The position numbers were made by a program, and so were the translations under genes. From Candidatus Saccharimonadota bacterium (GTDB taxonomy: Bacteria > Patescibacteriota > Gracilibacteria > Absconditabacterales > Absconditicoccaceae), in contig OZ246420.1 in the NCBI GenBank assembly GCA_965231145.1, positions 570,001-602,000 on the forward strand: DNA of 32,000 bases, given 5' to 3'. Under the pieces are notes generated by a model. That model searched no databases. It had not been told where the DNA came from and worked only from the letters and a program-made list of their open reading frames with translations. This document shows, one piece after another, positions 28,074-32,000 of the stretch (its first letter is position 1; the number at the start of each line of letters is the position of its first letter).

Positions 28074-28721
28074 CTATCTTTTCCACGCTCCATAACAGAT
28101 CGTTTCTCCTTTGTCTAAAGCCATTTTCTCGTAATCTGTCACGATAGAGAAATGTTCCGGCAAATAAGGCGACTGGTAGAGATCGGTCGTTTGGGCAAAA
28201 GTTTCCCAACCTGCAAGCTGAAATTGCTCTACAGAATAGTGAAATAAGGGATGATCGTCTGTCTTTAGTTTTACCTGTCCTTCTGGCACAAGTAGTGAGT
28301 TATACATCGAGATAAACCTTGGACTCGTAAGACGACGTTTTTCGTCTGACTCTCTGGGTCTTGGATCAGGATGAACTATCCAGATCTCATCTATCTCTCC
28401 GGCATCAAATCGTCTATCGAGATGGTGGATGATTCCACGGATAAATCTGACGTTTTGTAATCCTTGTTCGTTTGCTTGCTGGATACCACGCGACATTCTA
28501 TCACCTTTGATATCAATACCTATGAAAAGTGTATCAGGAAAATGCGGTGCTAGGCCTACGCTATATTGCCCTTTGCCGCAGGCAAGCTCCAGCACGATCT
28601 TCTTATAACCAAACGTTTCCTTTCGTTTTCCTTTATAAGAAATAGAAAAATCTTCTGCTGGAGTAATCAGCAGATCACTGGTATTTGCTATCTTATAGAA
28701 ACGAAGTTTTTGCTTAGCCAT
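28074..28721 (-). CDS. trmB: tRNA (guanine-N7)-methyltransferase TrmB
   Basis: 215-aa ORF. The SAM-binding motif is VLELACGKGQYSVGLA, followed by FIGIDIKG and IWIVHPDPRPRESDEKRRL (compare FPDPWxKxRHxKRR). The stop is TAG. No TGA codons. Confidence 0.85.
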   Translation of the reverse strand: MAKQKLRFYKIANTSDLLITPAEDFSISYKGKRKETFGYKKIVLELACGKGQYSVGLAPHFPDTLFIGIDIKGDRMSRGIQQANEQGLQNVRFIRGIIHHLDRRFDAGEIDEIWIVHPDPRPRESDEKRRLTSPRFISMYNSLLVPEGQVKLKTDDHPLFHYSVEQFQLAGWETFAQTTDLYQSPYLPEHFSIVTDYEKMALDKGETICYGAWKR

Positions 28722-28723
28722 GG

Positions 28724-29041
28724 TTACTGGTTTCTTGGATCATTGAGGTCAATATCATATCATGCATAGTCCACTTTACTACCACCGGTATTTATATCAA
28801 GACAGGTTCACGACTCTGCATGCCGCTTGCCATCGGATACGATACTATGAAAATTGTCTTGCACACCATAAATTATATGATGCTCTTTTAATAAAGCAGC
28901 TTCTTCACTTGCTTCAAGCTTTGTCTTATTGAGAATCTGTAAAATAGTATATGCATAGTGTCCGAGGTCATCTGCATATCTTCTCATATTTATTTTCTGC
29001 TCAGTAGTTGTTATATATTGTTTTTCTGGCTCAAGTCTCAT
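28724..29041 (-). CDS. hypothetical protein
   Basis: ATG 29041. Track ORF 28808..29041 ends in TGA, and the frame continues through a second TGA (28760-28762) to TAA 28724-28726, 2 nt before the trmB ATG. Confidence 0.45.
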
Positions 29042-29104
29042 GTTAATAACGTTAAGAAACCAATGCTGATAGTATATGTTTATACATCCTTATGTCTATG
29101 CTTT

Positions 29105-29234
29105 CTTACCGAGCCTTTAGCTTATAACTCGTATACCAATCCCTCTCCTCGCCAAGGGCTCGGCATCCCCCTTTATAAAAGGGGGAAGACACCCGCGAAA
29201 ATGCGGGTGTAGGGGGATTAGAGGGGTTTACAAG
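29105..29234. other. GC-rich multi-hairpin extragenic island B
   Basis: Four stems: CCGAGCC...GGCTCGG, CCCCCTTT-ata-AAAGGGGG, ACACCCGC-gaaaat-GCGGGTGT and GGGTTT...AAACCC. It lies directly after the ABC exporter stop. Confidence 0.45.
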
Positions 29235-30986
29235 CTAAAACCCACTTTGCAATTCTAGCATCTTCGCATAGACTCCTCCGCTCTTTACGAGAGAGTCATG
29301 ATTTCCTTCTTCAACTATTTTCCCATGATCGAGTACGATGATTCTGTCTGCTTTCTTCACTGTTTGGAGTCTATGTGCAATAACCACTACTGTTCTTCAC
29401 TGGAAAAGATTATTGAACGCCTTCGTTACCTCTTCTTCAGAGAATGAGTCTAAAGCCGAAGTTGGCTCATCGAGCAAGATGATCTGAGGGTTCTTAAGCA
29501 TGACTTTTGCGATAGCGAGTCTTTGTCTCTGACCTCATGAAAGCTTTACACCCTTCTCTCCGATTTCTGTTTGTACGCCATCAGGAAACTCATAGATGAA
29601 TTGGCACTGGGCGCCATTGATAGCCTGTTCAAGTTCTTCTTGAGATGGTTCATGATCAAGCGCATACGTGAGATTTTCATAGATGGTGCCATCGAACACA
29701 TTTGGTTCTTGGGTCAGATAACCGATATGCTTATAGTATGATTTGAGTGAGACATAGTTCTTATTAGTCTCGTTTGGCAGTGGCTGTCAGTCAATAAGTA
29801 CTTCTCCTTTTTGCGGATGGATGTATCCCGCTATAAGTTTAATGAGCGTAGACTTTCCACTTCCTGATATACCAACAAGAGCTGTTTTTTTTCATCATTC
29901 AAGGGTGAGAGAGAAATCTTTGAGCACTTCTCCTTTTCCATAGCCATAAGTAATATTTTGCAACTCAACATCTCATACACTTAATTCTATTTTTTTTCAT
30001 TCATTATATCATATTAATGAAGGTATATTATCAAATGTATCTCGAAGCTTTTGAATATAAATATTGTCCTGATGGAATGACGTAATGTAATCATTTAAAT
30101 CCATAATACTTCCATAAATTTGATTTAATATCATCCGAAACAGAGCAAGATCTCCAACAGTAAATTCTCCACGTCATATACGAACGATAACATAAAACAT
30201 AATACCAATACGTAGAATAGTGAAAGTAAATTTCTGCAAATCAAACGTTACAAGCATCTTTCTTGATTCTCTTGTTCGCATTTTATAAATCTTTCTGAAA
30301 AATGAGTCTATTTTATCTGATTCGTAGCCAAGTTTATTGTTCTGTAAAATTTCAAATTTAGACATAATCATTCTCGTTGTATTTCTATCTAATTCTGTAG
30401 ACAGATCTCTTCTTTCTTTTCTATATTTTGCCAATTTTTTATTGGCAAATTGTATAAATATAAATGAAGCTATAAAGATAACTACAAATGTGACAAAACC
30501 TTTTCGTCAAAGATTGATTGCTACAACAACAAATCATGTTATAATTGACACTCACATTCTAATTGCACTTCAAAAGAGTGATTGAAGATTAAGTCTCCAG
30601 GTAGGCAGTCATTTAGATATAATATTATTGATTCTTCACGTCCCTAAAGATTCAAAGCTATTATTATCTCCTATGGCATATTTAACGATATATTCTTGCC
30701 ATAGATTTGATTCTATAGACCAACCCATTGTACTAGAAAGTTGACGAAAAAAGTATGCAGGCAAGTCTGATAGTGCGAAGACAACACCCATAACGACTAA
30801 CCACGTATATACTATCTTCATATTTCCAACAGCTAGGCCATCAATCATTTGTTGCATTGCAATAGCTACTATGGATCCTTGTAATCCAACTTGGATAGCT
30901 CTAATTGATATAATCGTAGCAGCTCACTTAAACCCACTAATCGGAGCGAAGAATCTTTTACACCATAATCGTCTAGATTCTTTCAT
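29235..30986 (-). CDS. ABC exporter, fused permease and ATPase (MsbA-type half transporter)
   Basis: ATG 30986 to TAG 29235-29237, 583 aa, with about 16 sense TGA. The TMD is followed by LTLE[TGA][TGA][15 protein letters not shown] (Walker A), GYLTQEP (Q-loop), KLS[TGA][10 protein letters not shown] (signature), [11 protein letters not shown] (Walker B) and VIAHRL (H-loop). Confidence 0.9.
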
Positions 30987-31144
30987 AGTTGCTTAGGTAA
31001 AATACATAAAATATGATGTGCTGCATAATACATACGAACTTTTAAAAACATAGATATAATAGCTCTTTTGTGACAACTATTGCCTAGCGTTTTTTTCCTG
31101 ATTTTACTTGTTTTCTTGAAAACTATGTTTATAGTGATATCATC

Positions 31145-31182
31145 AAAAAGAGAGAAACCGGCTCACACGTGCCGGTTTTTTT
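31145..31182. terminator. terminator downstream of tgt
   Basis: AAACCGGC-(8-nt loop)-GCCGGTTT. There is a T7 on the plus side and CTCTCTTTTT on the minus side, immediately after the tgt stop. Confidence 0.6.
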
Positions 31183-31183
31183 G

Positions 31184-32000
31184 TTAGCTTTCTAAAATCT
31201 CCTTCTTGATCGTCTCTACTAAATTGTGCAGATACCAAATATTGTGCAATGAAAGCAATGTTCACGCCAGCATCTCGTTTTCTCTGACGAGATGGTGCAG
31301 ATATGCTTTTGTGTAGTTACGTGATACGATACAGTCGCTGTCAGGATCAAGCGGCGTATGATCGTCGCGATATTGTGCATTTGAAAGTTTGATATTTCCA
31401 TCTTTTGTCATCGCGACTCCGTGGCGTCCAAGTCTTGTCGGGAGGACACAGTCGAACATGTCGAAGCCGTTATCGATTGCATGACGAATCATGGCTTCTG
31501 TTCCAACTCCCATGAGATAGTGGGGCACAGCCTGCGGCAATTTTGGCCCGACAAATGAGACAATACGTGCTACATCGTCATGCGACTCACCCACGCTCAC
31601 TCCTCCCACTGCGATACCGTCAGTTGCAAATGGCGTCAATGCATCTATCGACTCCTGACGAAACTCTTCATAAAGTCCTCACTGAACGATAGGAAACAAG
31701 ACTCATTTTGCTTTGTCATAGACTTTCTGGAAGTGCTCGTATTGTTGTTTCGCCCGCTTATGCGTGAGATTCATCTGCTGCTTAAATTTCTTTTCTGAGA
31801 TACCCGGAGGCGAACACACATCGAGCATCATCATGATATCAGAACCTATGTTCATCTGGATATCCACACATCCTTCTGGTGAAAAGAAATGCTGAGATCC
31901 ATCGTGGATACTACGAAATTTAATTCATTCTGCCGTAATTTTCGAGAGCGGCTTTCTTTTCTTCACTCATTCTTCGTCTAGCCCTTGTCCCTTATCCCTC
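31184..32000 (-). CDS. tgt: queuine tRNA-ribosyltransferase Tgt (5' end outside window)
   Basis: The frame is open from the window edge. Motifs are [24 protein letters not shown][TGA][35 protein letters not shown] and [13 protein letters not shown][TGA]TLLSLHN. There are five sense TGA. The stop is TAA 31184-31186. Confidence 0.9.

Noticed and set aside
9303-32000. I considered miaB, queA, trmB and tgt in one 23-kb stretch as a dedicated tRNA-modification island.
   Set aside because: The genes are dispersed, lie in different transcription units and are separated by unrelated genes. In a small genome this density is expected by chance.

Overview
This is an AT-rich bacterial chromosomal segment that only makes sense if TGA is read as an amino acid. 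In the supplied standard-code ORF track, runs of same-frame fragments are separated by nothing but TGA. Reading TGA as Gly fuses them into full-length genes. The TGAs then fall on invariant glycines of textbook motifs: ABC signature LS[TGA]GQRQR (29535-29537), Tgt IVQ[TGA]G (31679-31681) and NusG KOW IL[TGA]R (2720-2722). The same holds in DnaG, QueA, MiaB, the M16 peptidase and the PKD domains. Every stitched gene ends in TAA or TAG. This is NCBI translation table 25, known from Gracilibacteria (BD1-5) and Absconditabacteria (SR1) in Patescibacteria/CPR, so that is the likely source. After re-stitching I count 33 CDS, 25 on the minus strand. Housekeeping genes are secE-nusG-[inserted membrane protein]-rplK-rplA, dnaG, miaB, queA, tgt, trmB, ftsE, a DHFR-like fusion, an M16 peptidase and an ABC exporter. 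They are interleaved with lineage-specific envelope or large proteins: a Cys-repeat lipoprotein, a 776-aa membrane-anchored PKD protein, an SLH protein and a 1016-aa protein with a possible transglutaminase-like core. The best candidate for something new is a 942-aa fusion of an unknown N-domain, a VirD4/TraG-type P-loop ATPase and a C-terminal S1 domain. I saw no rRNA, tRNA, CRISPR array, transposase or integrase. Non-coding oddities include GC-rich multi-hairpin islands in otherwise AT-rich spacers, phased TAGAT word arrays in 5' spacers, a structured rplK-rplA spacer resembling the 23S L1 stalk, and a general lack of Shine-Dalgarno sequences. CDS ends were checked by mod-3 arithmetic against the ORF track. 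Hairpin and motif coordinates are hand-indexed and may be off by 1-2 nt.
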